DNA of 64,000 bases, from assembly GCA_017963805.1 (NCBI GenBank), contig JAGCTE010000015.1, positions 122,350 through 186,349 of the forward strand. The letters run 5' to 3'. Below are positions 9,439 to 18,530 of the stretch, in pieces. Position 1 is the stretch's first letter. Every line of letters begins with the position of its first letter. The stretch is from a bacterium. GTDB taxonomy: Bacteria > Auribacterota > UBA3054. A program made the translations under genes and the position numbers. The notes below the pieces were generated by a model, which saw nothing but the letters and a program-made list of their open reading frames with translations, made no database searches and was not told the DNA's origin.

Positions 9439-10980
9439 TTAGTTGTTTTCCTGAAAGTCTACGGTGTAGTCGGGGGAGGAGAAATACCATTTGCCTCCCT
9501 TGAACTCGGCCTGCGGCGCGTTTTTGTCAGGCTGCTTCAAGGTGTATCCCAAGCGGATCCCGTGCTTGCGTCCTATCTTGTAGAATTTGACGGAGTCCAT
9601 GTAGTTCCTGATGTCGTCCATGTTCTTCAAAGAGAACAAATGGATGGGGCCGCGTTGTCCCATGGGGTATGCTTTCAAAAGCATGAAGTCCCTTAGGCGT
9701 TTGGCCTTTGCCTTCTCCAGTTCGCGGCTGGCTTGGGCGGAGCCGGTCTTGGCGATTATGGCGGCGTTGCGGAAGGGCGGCCTGGCCGCGCGGCGGCGCC
9801 AGTAGTTGGGCCTCGGCGGGGGAACGCGGTCTTCCGGAGTGCCGCCGCCCATGTCGTTTATGATCTGTCCTACGGAGAAGAGCTCCCTTAGGAAAGACTT
9901 GATCTCGGGCAGGGCTTCGTCGGGAGCGCCGATGCATTCGTTGGCGCGGCGGCGCAGGATCCTGATCCTGATGTTGCGGTGCCTGATGTCGTCGAGGTAC
10001 TGCCTGATGCGGCTGATAAGTATCCTGACCTGCTCGTTGACTCTCAGGCAGAGGAGCTGGAAGATGCCTTCGGGAGCGAAGAAGGGGATAAGCCTAGCCA
10101 GCATCTGCTCTATTGGGTCCTCCTGCTCGGCCAGGGCGCCGGACAAAGGATTGTTCTCGGCGTGCAGCCTCATCGCTTCCCTGGCGTTCCTCAAGATGGC
10201 GAGCCCCTGCTGGGAGTTCCAGCGCGACAAAGCGCTGTAAACAGGCGGCGTCAGGTTGGCCACGCGCTGCAGATACTGGTCGACGTAGCGGGCCAGGCGG
10301 TCTATTATCTGCGGCAGAGTTTCAAGCTGGAAAGGCTCGATGTTGAAAGTCGCTATCCTGGCGCCGAAGTCGCTGATCTCGTTGGCGACCAGGCGGCAGC
10401 GGTTGTCGAGCTCACTTATGTTCCTTGCGAGCCTGCGCAGCTCCGTTTCCGAAAGATTTTCGCCGCGGGAGAGGCAGAGGCCGATCTTTTCGACGAGCTC
10501 CTGGAGGTCCAGGAGGTGGTCCTGGTCAAGCGAGACCGCGTTCAGGTTTTCCACTGAGCGCATGAGTGAAAGACTCTCGAGCAGCGCCCTGGTATGGTCG
10601 GTCAGGCGGTAGAGGAATTTCTGCACTCTCCTGTCGGCGATGTGCTGCAGCCTCTTCGGCTCGATGCGGCGCTCGACGTTGCCCCAGAGCATAAGCTGCT
10701 CCATGTCGGCCCGGAAGGCCTGCTGGCTGTAGGGGCCGGCGGTCTCCAAAAGCGACTGGACGGCGTCGTAGATGTCGTTGTGATATTTCTCGACTTCATG
10801 GGCCTGGCGGCGCAGGAAGAGGAAATACAGAATGGTGGCGTAATACCACCTGCGCTCGGAACTGAGGAAGGCGCAGTGACTGACTGGAAGCAGGTCCAGA
10901 AACGGAGGCTCCGGCGCCACAGCCTGAAAAAGATCGGGCTGCGGCGCGGGATCGATCTGTTCAATTATATTGTTGTCCAT
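9439..10980 (-). CDS. mksF: MksF/JetA-like (MukF/kleisin-like) condensin subunit
   Basis: 513 aa, first gene of the three-gene operon. The size and predicted helical nature match DUF3375-type MksF. Confidence 0.6.
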   Translation of the reverse strand: MDNNIIEQIDPAPQPDLFQAVAPEPPFLDLLPVSHCAFLSSERRWYYATILYFLFLRRQAHEVEKYHNDIYDAVQSLLETAGPYSQQAFRADMEQLMLWGNVERRIEPKRLQHIADRRVQKFLYRLTDHTRALLESLSLMRSVENLNAVSLDQDHLLDLQELVEKIGLCLSRGENLSETELRRLARNISELDNRCRLVANEISDFGARIATFNIEPFQLETLPQIIDRLARYVDQYLQRVANLTPPVYSALSRWNSQQGLAILRNAREAMRLHAENNPLSGALAEQEDPIEQMLARLIPFFAPEGIFQLLCLRVNEQVRILISRIRQYLDDIRHRNIRIRILRRRANECIGAPDEALPEIKSFLRELFSVGQIINDMGGGTPEDRVPPPRPNYWRRRAARPPFRNAAIIAKTGSAQASRELEKAKAKRLRDFMLLKAYPMGQRGPIHLFSLKNMDDIRNYMDSVKFYKIGRKHGIRLGYTLKQPDKNAPQAEFKGGKWYFSSPDYTVDFQENN

Positions 10981-11064
10981 AATCCCTTCTTATACGAATA
11001 CACACTCAATATATTGTATCAAAAGGGCCTTTTTTTAACAATATATTGGGCCGAAGGGAGGGGA

Positions 11065-11517
11065 TCATCTGCGGGAGGCAAAGAAATCCTTGAGAAGGTT
11101 CTCGCATTCAAGGGAGCAAAAGCCTTCCAGCACCTCGACTTTGCCGCCCGTCCAGGTGTTGGCGAGGTTGGCGTTCGACAAAAGGGCGCCCCTTTCCCAG
11201 TCGCGCGCTCCGAAAACGACGGTTTTGATTCTTGAGAGAAGAATGGCTCCGGCGCACATGGGGCAGGGCTCCAAGGTAACGTAAAGCGTGCAGTTGGTCA
11301 GGCGGCGGCCTAGCTTTTTTTGAGCCTCCTTTATGGCCAGGAGCTCCGCGTGGGCGGTGGCGTCTTTTTTCGCTTCTATAAGGTTGTGGGCGGAAGCGAC
11401 AACGCTGCCGTCCGCGTCAACGATGACGCAGCCAATGGGGACTTCGCCAATTGCGGCGGCCGCTTCGGCCTCTTCGATCGCCAGCAGCATGTGACCTTTG
11501 TGTTCCATGGAAAACAT
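11065..11517 (-). CDS. tadA: tRNA-specific adenosine deaminase
   Basis: 150 aa. Has the HAELLAI and PCPMCAGAI zinc-binding motifs. Confidence 0.9.
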   Translation of the reverse strand: MFSMEHKGHMLLAIEEAEAAAAIGEVPIGCVIVDADGSVVASAHNLIEAKKDATAHAELLAIKEAQKKLGRRLTNCTLYVTLEPCPMCAGAILLSRIKTVVFGARDWERGALLSNANLANTWTGGKVEVLEGFCSLECENLLKDFFASRR

Positions 11518-11593
11518 TTTACCAAAATCATAAGCGGTAAATTTGCTATAATGTAAGTTTGACAGTAAGAATCCACACCAAAAGAGGTAATTT

Positions 11594-14206
11594 ATGAAAA
11601 AAGGATCTATTTTTCTCCTGACGGCCCTCGCTTTCGCCGCGCTTTTGTCGTATGCGGAACCGACGGTCTTCTTTACGGAAAATTTCGAAAGTTACGATAC
11701 GGGCGATTTTCTGCCGCAGTGCGAAACAGCCGTAATTTACCAGCCCAAACACCAGACGAACTTCGCCTACAAGGTCGAAAGCGGCGTCATGGATACCAAA
11801 TGTATTACCGTAACTAAGAACGACCCCGACAAAGTCAATTCCGGCGATTCCGGCGTCTGGATCCCCACTGGCGCCAGCGAGGAAATGTTCACCGAGACCG
11901 GCGTCATGAGGATACGTTTGAAACACCGCTCCATCAGCAACATCAGCGGCTTCATATTCGGCAACGGCGCAAGCGGCCGCGCCATTTGGGCCTACCGCAA
12001 CGGCGGCACCTTTTACATCAAAAGGGACAACGACGGCAAGCACGATATCCAGCTGACGGGCATCGGCGGAGACAAGGACAACGAACTGGAATTCAACATC
12101 CAGTATCCCTCCCGTCGACTCATCAACGTCATAGCTAATGGGGTGACCAACACTCCGGATAATTTTACATTTTCAAACGTTAGGATAACGCATATCGGTG
12201 TGGCAGTTATGGCCAACGGATGGATAGCTGAGGGCAGCGGCTACGTTACGGCCGTAGACGACATCGAGGTCGCTTATGAAGCGCTGACCACGCCGGAGGT
12301 CTACGTATCGACTGATCCTCTGCTTATCGGACGCCAAGTCGCCAGCCGCGATTTCGTCATAGCCAACAACGGCGGCGGCGAATTCACTTACACCGTCTCT
12401 GCCCTGGGCGATCCGGAATGGCTCTCTTTCGCCCCCACCGGCACTTGTAAGACCACCAAGAGCCACAAGGTGACCTTCAACCGCGATGTCATGGGCGACG
12501 GCTTCTACCGCACGATTCTGACTTTTGACTGCTCCCCTTACGGAGTATTTGACATCCCTCTCAAAATAAGGTCTGGCAAAGTTTTTTATTATGAAGATTT
12601 CGAGCAGCCTTATATGCAGCCCGGAGAGATACACGGGCAGCAGGATTGGTTTGGCAAAGAGGAAGGCAACGAATATTCACCTGAGACAAACGAGGCCTAT
12701 GTGAACACGCCCAGCGATCCCTGGGACGGCCAGTGCCTGACTGTGGAAAGAGCAGGCGGCTGGGACGGCTACTGGGTGCCCATATGGACGCCCTCCAACC
12801 TGATTATCAAGGTCTCCTGCAAATTCCGTTGGGATTTTGCCAACGATTCCGATCACTTCCAATTCCGTTCCAGCTATTGGATGAATCCTGCCGTGTTTCA
12901 CATTGAGTACACTAGCGGGAATGAAATAAAGCTCTGGGGCTACAACGACACTGCCGGTTATCCTCTGGTCGGCGAATATGGACTGCCAGGCGGAACATGG
13001 CACGATATGTCCTATACTATGGACTTCAGGATGCATACTTTAAATGAACTCACCTTCGGTGATTTCAAGACAAACTTTAATAATATGCCGCTGAGGAAAA
13101 GGATGAACGACAGAGTCGTGCCGGTGTTGTATTATGAGAAATTTGGATTTAGTTCCGGCTCATATGATGACAACGGAAAACTCGGCGTCTCAATCGACGA
13201 CCTCCTTATTACGGAAGTCGAGCGTCCCAAGATCTCCATTCCCGTTTACGAAAAAGCGGTCGCGATGGGCGGTTTGAGCCTTTACACCAACGTTTTGGAA
13301 AACGCCGGCGCCCAGAACTACAAGTTCACCGCCGAGGTCCTGGATTATCCGGACAACTTGAAACTCTCCCGCTACAAAGGCTCTATCGGCACCAAGGGCT
13401 TGGTCCTCTACAGGCTTGACCGCAAAGGCCTTGCGGACGGCTACTACACCGCCAGGATCAAATACGATTGGGTCGCCTCCAACAGCACCAACTCCGGCTC
13501 CTTCGTCCAGCTCGTGACCTTCGGCGTCGGCGGCTGGTACTACGCGACCGAGTTTGAGGGCGAACCCTTCCATCTCGGCCCCATCGACGGCCAGGAATGC
13601 TGGAAGATGGAATACGCTTACGGAGACATCGATCTGAGGCTCTTTAACGGCATCCAGTGCCTCTATTTCGACCAGGCCGGCAAAGCACAGGTTTCCGCCG
13701 GCGTTCCGGCCCAGAGCCATTACTCCTTCCGCTGCCTTGTCAACCTGCCGGACAACAACAACACGACCTACCTTAGGTTCTGCCAGAACACCGGCGAAGG
13801 CTTTTTGCCTTTCTTCATCAGGAGGGACAGGACATCCCATGAGGTCGTACTTGGCTACAAGCCAGCCGGCGAGGACGATGTCGTCGAGCTTATGAGGAAC
13901 AGCACGCTCGGCAAGTGGCAGACCTTCTCCTACACCATGGACCTTGACGAAGCCAATTCCTGCGTTACGCAGGTCACGCTTGGCGATTACGTGAAGGATT
14001 GCTATGTCGGCGAGATCGTCCTCAACACCGAATTCGACGGCCAGCCCATTTCCTCCTTCAGCATCGAGGCCGTGAACGACGGCCCGGACGAGGAAAGGGA
14101 CACCGGCGCCTACATCAAGAACGTTGTGGTCTGCGACCATACGCTCCCCGAGCCGGCCATCTTCGGTCTGCTTGCCGTCTCGCTGCTTTTGCTTCGCAGA
14201 AAATAA
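11594..14206 (+). CDS. Large secreted PEP-CTERM surface protein (paralog 1 of 4), three copies of an internal module plus Ig-like domains
   Basis: 870 aa. Has a signal peptide and conserved module starts FTENFESYDTG, FYYEDFEQPY and YYATEFEGEPF. The C-terminus reads LPEPAIFGLLAVSLLLLRRK (PEP motif, TM helix, basic tail). Confidence 0.8.
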   Translation: MKKGSIFLLTALAFAALLSYAEPTVFFTENFESYDTGDFLPQCETAVIYQPKHQTNFAYKVESGVMDTKCITVTKNDPDKVNSGDSGVWIPTGASEEMFTETGVMRIRLKHRSISNISGFIFGNGASGRAIWAYRNGGTFYIKRDNDGKHDIQLTGIGGDKDNELEFNIQYPSRRLINVIANGVTNTPDNFTFSNVRITHIGVAVMANGWIAEGSGYVTAVDDIEVAYEALTTPEVYVSTDPLLIGRQVASRDFVIANNGGGEFTYTVSALGDPEWLSFAPTGTCKTTKSHKVTFNRDVMGDGFYRTILTFDCSPYGVFDIPLKIRSGKVFYYEDFEQPYMQPGEIHGQQDWFGKEEGNEYSPETNEAYVNTPSDPWDGQCLTVERAGGWDGYWVPIWTPSNLIIKVSCKFRWDFANDSDHFQFRSSYWMNPAVFHIEYTSGNEIKLWGYNDTAGYPLVGEYGLPGGTWHDMSYTMDFRMHTLNELTFGDFKTNFNNMPLRKRMNDRVVPVLYYEKFGFSSGSYDDNGKLGVSIDDLLITEVERPKISIPVYEKAVAMGGLSLYTNVLENAGAQNYKFTAEVLDYPDNLKLSRYKGSIGTKGLVLYRLDRKGLADGYYTARIKYDWVASNSTNSGSFVQLVTFGVGGWYYATEFEGEPFHLGPIDGQECWKMEYAYGDIDLRLFNGIQCLYFDQAGKAQVSAGVPAQSHYSFRCLVNLPDNNNTTYLRFCQNTGEGFLPFFIRRDRTSHEVVLGYKPAGEDDVVELMRNSTLGKWQTFSYTMDLDEANSCVTQVTLGDYVKDCYVGEIVLNTEFDGQPISSFSIEAVNDGPDEERDTGAYIKNVVVCDHTLPEPAIFGLLAVSLLLLRRK

Positions 14207-14233
14207 GCGGCGGACTGAAGCGCCAGCTAAATT

Positions 14234-14260
14234 AGCCCCGGGTCTCCCGGGGCTTTTTTA
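14234..14260 (+). terminator. Rho-independent terminator after PEP-CTERM gene
   Basis: AGCCCCGGGTCTCCCGGGGCT stem followed by TTTTTT. Confidence 0.6.
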
Positions 14261-14333
14261 TTGCCTCCCGAAATGAACAGGTTTTCCTTCCCTTATCCAC
14301 CTGAATTCCACATCTTATCAAATTGTGGATAAC

Positions 14334-14363
14334 TTGTGGATATCTGTTAGTAAGTGCTATAAT
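14334..14363 (+). promoter_or_regulatory. Sigma70-like promoter candidate (TTGTGG, 18-nt spacer, TATAAT) overlapping TGTGGATA direct repeats upstream of bamA
   Basis: Hexamers read directly from the sequence. A second candidate, TTGATT-17-TACGAT, lies at 14422..14450. Confidence 0.4.
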
Positions 14364-14504
14364 ATAGTATATTTAGCCATCTTATGAATGTGCAATAAAC
14401 TGTGGAATATGTTAGCAACACTTGATTTAGAGGGCGCTTTGTGGTACGATGTCAGAAGATAATCTTATATTTGAAATATTGTCTTGGAGACTTAACTGGA
14501 TATT

Positions 14505-17075
14505 ATGAAATCAACCTTCGGAAAAAAGACATCAAGCCTGAAATTGGGACTGGCCGCTCTCGTTTTGACGGCGGTCCTTGGTCTTTCCGCTTACGGCGAG
14601 ACCATAATCGAGCGCATTGACATAGAGGGCAACAGGAGAGTGAGCGAGCAGGTCATCAGAGACATGATCAGCACGCATCCCAACGAGATCTACAGTGAAG
14701 AGAAAGCCATGGCCGACACCGAGAGGCTTCTGGCCTCCGGAGATTTCGAGAGCGCTTCCACTTCTACGAGCGACGGCATAAGCGGCACCATCGTCACATA
14801 CACCGTGAAAGAAAGGCCGATACTCGACAAGCTCGATTTCACGGGCAACAACAGCATCAAGGAAAAGGACCTCGTCGAAAAACTCCAGATCAAGATAGGC
14901 GAGCCTCTGAGCCTTGAAAAACTCGAGAATTCCGTCGAGGAGATCCGCAAATATTACGCTGAGAAAGGCTATGGCATGGCGGACGTCACCTACGAGATAG
15001 ACGACACCGCGGACGGCACCAAAGCCAGCGTCAACATTCTCGTATCCGAAGGCGAGGAATCCTACATCAGGGAAGTAAACATCAGCGGCAACACGCTGAT
15101 CTCCACTACCAAGATCAAATTTTTGATCGGCACGAAAGCGCGTTTCTGGTTCATGTTCGGCACCTACCAGGAAGACCAGGTCAGGGACGACATCTGGAAG
15201 ATCACGGAAATGTACCAGGAGATCGGATATCCCGAAGCCCAGGTCGATTATGACCTCCACGCCACCGAAAAAGGCGACGGATTAGCCCTCGACATCACTA
15301 TCGACGAGGGGCGTCCTTACTTTGTCAACGATATCACCGTCAGGCAGGGCAAGCTTAGGGACATGTACCTCACCAACATCATTTCCATGATCGAGGTGCA
15401 CCGCGACGAACCCTATACGCCGCAGGCTGTGGAAAGGGACACGGAGAACTTAAGGAATTACTTCCGCTCTTTGGGCTACGCCGACGCTGTCTGCGTCTCC
15501 AAAGTCCTCCTTGCCGAAGAGCAGCCTGACGACAGCGTCAGGGTCGATGTTTTCTACGAAATGGACGAATCGTCCCTTTTTGACATCGGCATCGTTTACA
15601 TCACCGGCAACGAGCGCACGAAAGACGTCGTCATAAGAAGGGAGCTCAGCTTCTTCCCGGGCGACCGCTACAACTACTACCGCATCGACACGAGCCGCCA
15701 GAGATTGATGAACATGGACTACTTTGAGAAAGTGGACATCGTCGAGGCGCCGAATCCCCAGGATCACAGCAAGAAAGACATTTACGTCGACGTCAAGGAA
15801 AAGCTGACCGGCCAGGTCGGCGTAGGCGTCGGCTTCTCCAGCCAGGATTATCTCTTCGGCACGATCACCATAACGCAGCCCAACTTCGACTGGAAGAATT
15901 ACAAAAACTGGTTCACCGGCGGCGGCCAGCATTTCCGCATCAAAGGCGAATTCGGCATTCACCGCCAGGACGTCATCCTAAGCTTCACCGAGCCTTACTT
16001 CCTGCATGAACAGCTGAAGGGAAGAAAAGTCGCGGCCGGCTTCGACGTCTACTGGAAGAACAACAACGCCCTGGGCCCGGATCTTAGGATCATGAGGATA
16101 GGCGGCGACATCAGGGCCGCGACTCCCATAAGCATGGCCTGGATCCCGACCGTCGGCAAGTATCTCGGCGTCATCAAAGTCGAAGGCGCGCTGGCGGGCG
16201 AGTACATCAGGGTCGGCGTCGACAAATCGCTTGATTACGGCGACACTATCGTCGGCGAAGACACCGCCTGGATCAAGCGCCGCCACGTCAACAGACATAA
16301 CGGCCGCGTCCAGAAACGCATGGTGCCTTTGGAATACGAGCGCTACGACAAGTACCTGAAGAAAGAGAAGGGCAGCTACGCCGTGCTCGCTCCGACCATC
16401 ACATTGACGCGCGACACCAGGGACGCCCTGTTCCTCCCGACTTCCGGCGCTCTTACCATTTTGAAAGGCAGAGTCGGCGTTGGTTCCACCATCTACGGCC
16501 TTGTGGAAGCATCCCACTCCCAGTACTTCAAGCTCTTCGAGCTCTTCGAAAGGAAGCCCAACTACGTATTCGCCGGTTCGCACGTTCTGTTGCTGCGCGG
16601 ATCGATCGGCTTCGCTTCCCGCAACACGCCGATCTTCGACCGCTTCTTCATGGGCGGTTCCGAAGAGATGCGCGGCTTCCGCTACGGATTTGTCGGCCCG
16701 AAGGACTACTCCGGCGACAACCCCCTGGGCGGCAACTTCAAGTTCATGGTGTCCGCGGAATACATCTTCCCGATCTGGCGCTACAACGAGAACATCAGCG
16801 TGCACGGCGCGGTCTGGACCGACATCGGCAACGTCTGGTGGAAGGAAAGGACCTACTACAAGGCCCTGCGCGCCGTCAACGGCCAGTACGTGGTCGAGAA
16901 AAAGAAATTCGACAACTTCGGCGAGATCAACGCGAGCGTCGGCGGCAGTCTTATACTGCAGCTGTGGCGCATGCCTATCAGAGTCAACTACGGCGTCCCG
17001 ATCTTCAAGGATTCCGATTCCAAAGACTGGAAACCGCTGGACGGCTTAACCCTCGGCACAGGATTCTCCTTCTGA
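14505..17075 (+). CDS. bamA: Outer membrane protein assembly factor BamA
   Basis: 856 aa. Has a signal peptide, repeated POTRA-like segments, a long C-terminal beta-barrel region and a terminal aromatic residue (…GTGFSF). Confidence 0.85.
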   Translation: MKSTFGKKTSSLKLGLAALVLTAVLGLSAYGETIIERIDIEGNRRVSEQVIRDMISTHPNEIYSEEKAMADTERLLASGDFESASTSTSDGISGTIVTYTVKERPILDKLDFTGNNSIKEKDLVEKLQIKIGEPLSLEKLENSVEEIRKYYAEKGYGMADVTYEIDDTADGTKASVNILVSEGEESYIREVNISGNTLISTTKIKFLIGTKARFWFMFGTYQEDQVRDDIWKITEMYQEIGYPEAQVDYDLHATEKGDGLALDITIDEGRPYFVNDITVRQGKLRDMYLTNIISMIEVHRDEPYTPQAVERDTENLRNYFRSLGYADAVCVSKVLLAEEQPDDSVRVDVFYEMDESSLFDIGIVYITGNERTKDVVIRRELSFFPGDRYNYYRIDTSRQRLMNMDYFEKVDIVEAPNPQDHSKKDIYVDVKEKLTGQVGVGVGFSSQDYLFGTITITQPNFDWKNYKNWFTGGGQHFRIKGEFGIHRQDVILSFTEPYFLHEQLKGRKVAAGFDVYWKNNNALGPDLRIMRIGGDIRAATPISMAWIPTVGKYLGVIKVEGALAGEYIRVGVDKSLDYGDTIVGEDTAWIKRRHVNRHNGRVQKRMVPLEYERYDKYLKKEKGSYAVLAPTITLTRDTRDALFLPTSGALTILKGRVGVGSTIYGLVEASHSQYFKLFELFERKPNYVFAGSHVLLLRGSIGFASRNTPIFDRFFMGGSEEMRGFRYGFVGPKDYSGDNPLGGNFKFMVSAEYIFPIWRYNENISVHGAVWTDIGNVWWKERTYYKALRAVNGQYVVEKKKFDNFGEINASVGGSLILQLWRMPIRVNYGVPIFKDSDSKDWKPLDGLTLGTGFSF

Positions 17076-17704
17076 TGAAAAGCGTGAAATACATACTTCT
17101 GGCCGCTGCTTCCGTTATGCTCTTCGGTTGCGCGAGAGCCACCATGGAAAACATCCACGAGGGCGTTGTGATGAACACCCGCAACCACATCAACCTCGCG
17201 GTCACCCCGAAGTACACGACCATCGCGGTCATGCCGTTCATAAACAATTCCGGAGTTAAGAACGCCAACACCTACGCCAGGCGTTCCTTCTACGGCAACC
17301 TCGTTTCCTACAAGAACTGGAACGTCCAGCCTATGGGCGAGACCGACAGCCGTCTAAGCAAGCTCACCCGCCGCGACCTCGACGAAAGCGCCGCCGGCAG
17401 GATGAGGAGCGCCCTGGGGGTCGACCTTGTCTGCTACGGCGAAGTGAAAGAGCAGTGCAGCCGCTACGGCCTTGTCTTCTCTTACAACAGCGTGACCGTC
17501 AGAGTCGCTTTCTACGACGCCTCTACCGGCGAAAAAGTCTGGGAATCCGAGGATTTCCGCGACTCCTTGGTCATGGGCATCAGCTTCATGTACATGTATG
17601 AAAGAGACGTCATGTGGGCCAGAGAGATCCACAACCGCTACGACGAACTCTTCCGCGACATGATGCAGCAGTTCCCCATGTGCACTTACGGGTACAAAAA
17701 ATAA
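17075..17704 (+). CDS. Hypothetical lipoprotein
   Basis: Its internal Met start (MKSVKYILLAAASVMLFGCARA) overlaps the bamA stop (ATGA). It has a lipobox-like LFGC. The upstream extension in ORF 16838..17704 is discounted. Confidence 0.5.
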   Translation: MKSVKYILLAAASVMLFGCARATMENIHEGVVMNTRNHINLAVTPKYTTIAVMPFINNSGVKNANTYARRSFYGNLVSYKNWNVQPMGETDSRLSKLTRRDLDESAAGRMRSALGVDLVCYGEVKEQCSRYGLVFSYNSVTVRVAFYDASTGEKVWESEDFRDSLVMGISFMYMYERDVMWAREIHNRYDELFRDMMQQFPMCTYGYKK

Positions 17705-17707
17705 GGT

Positions 17708-18415
17708 ATGGATATGAAGAAAATACTTTTACTCATATTGGCGATAACAGCGACGGCGGCCCTGGCTGAGAAGCCCGGTTTTAAAAAGTACACCGGCTCC
17801 TACAACCTTACCGCCGGCGGCAGCACTTACACCGTCATAGTGGCCAGGGACGGCTATACGACCTGCCTCGGCGGCCAGCTGAAAGACCCCGTGGCCGGCA
17901 AGGTGAAATTCTGGAAGGGCCGCCAGGAGATGCGCCTCCTGTACCCCCAGTACACTTTCAAGGGCTATGCCAACTCCACCGACCTTATTTCCGGAGAGTG
18001 GATGGACGCCACGCATGGTCCGGATTACGTCGACGCCACTTTGCAGAGAGCCGACGACCCCATCTTCCACATCAAGTTTTTGAAGAGCACCAAACGCACA
18101 GTCAAGGGCGACGTCTTCTACAACTACGGCAAGGAAGTGAAGCCCAGGAGCTATTATCTCGCTTACTATTACAGGACCGACGACGACAGGACCTTCTATC
18201 TGCGCAAGACCCAGAAGATCTCCCGTCTCGGCTTCTTCAATATGAACTTTCCGAAATTCTTCCAGGTCGACGTCTACGTCGTTTCCGAGGAAGGCTTGGC
18301 CGATCTTCCCGAAAAATACGAGAGCCCGCTTTCCGTGGACGGCAAAAAGATCATGGCTTACAATTACTGCGAACCGGGGTACAAGCAGCCCCGCGACGTA
18401 TATAAATCCAAATAA
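17708..18415 (+). CDS. Hypothetical secreted protein
   Basis: 235 aa. Has an N-terminal signal peptide (MKKILLLILAITATAALA) and no recognisable catalytic motif. Confidence 0.45.
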   Translation: MDMKKILLLILAITATAALAEKPGFKKYTGSYNLTAGGSTYTVIVARDGYTTCLGGQLKDPVAGKVKFWKGRQEMRLLYPQYTFKGYANSTDLISGEWMDATHGPDYVDATLQRADDPIFHIKFLKSTKRTVKGDVFYNYGKEVKPRSYYLAYYYRTDDDRTFYLRKTQKISRLGFFNMNFPKFFQVDVYVVSEEGLADLPEKYESPLSVDGKKIMAYNYCEPGYKQPRDVYKSK

Positions 18416-18443
18416 ACCAAACGATTCTTCTCCTACAATGTTT

Positions 18444-18475
18444 GGGCGGACGGGGCAACCCGTCCGCTTTTTTTA
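18444..18475 (+). terminator. Rho-independent terminator
   Basis: GGGCGGACGGGGCAACCCGTCCGC stem followed by TTTTTTT. It marks the left edge of the AT-rich island. Confidence 0.6.
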
Positions 18476-18530
18476 TTTTCTTTTACTTGATTTTTTTGTA
18501 TAATGTTTGCGGATAAAAAACGAGGTATTT

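Noticed and set aside
13190-14140. 316-aa minus-strand ORF
   Set aside because: It is antisense to the PEP-CTERM gene 11594..14206 and has no motifs. The plus-strand product has a clear signal peptide and sorting signal.
15978-16805. 275-aa minus-strand ORF and 16480..17049 plus-strand alternate-frame ORF
   Set aside because: They are antisense or out-of-frame to bamA and are high-GC artefacts.
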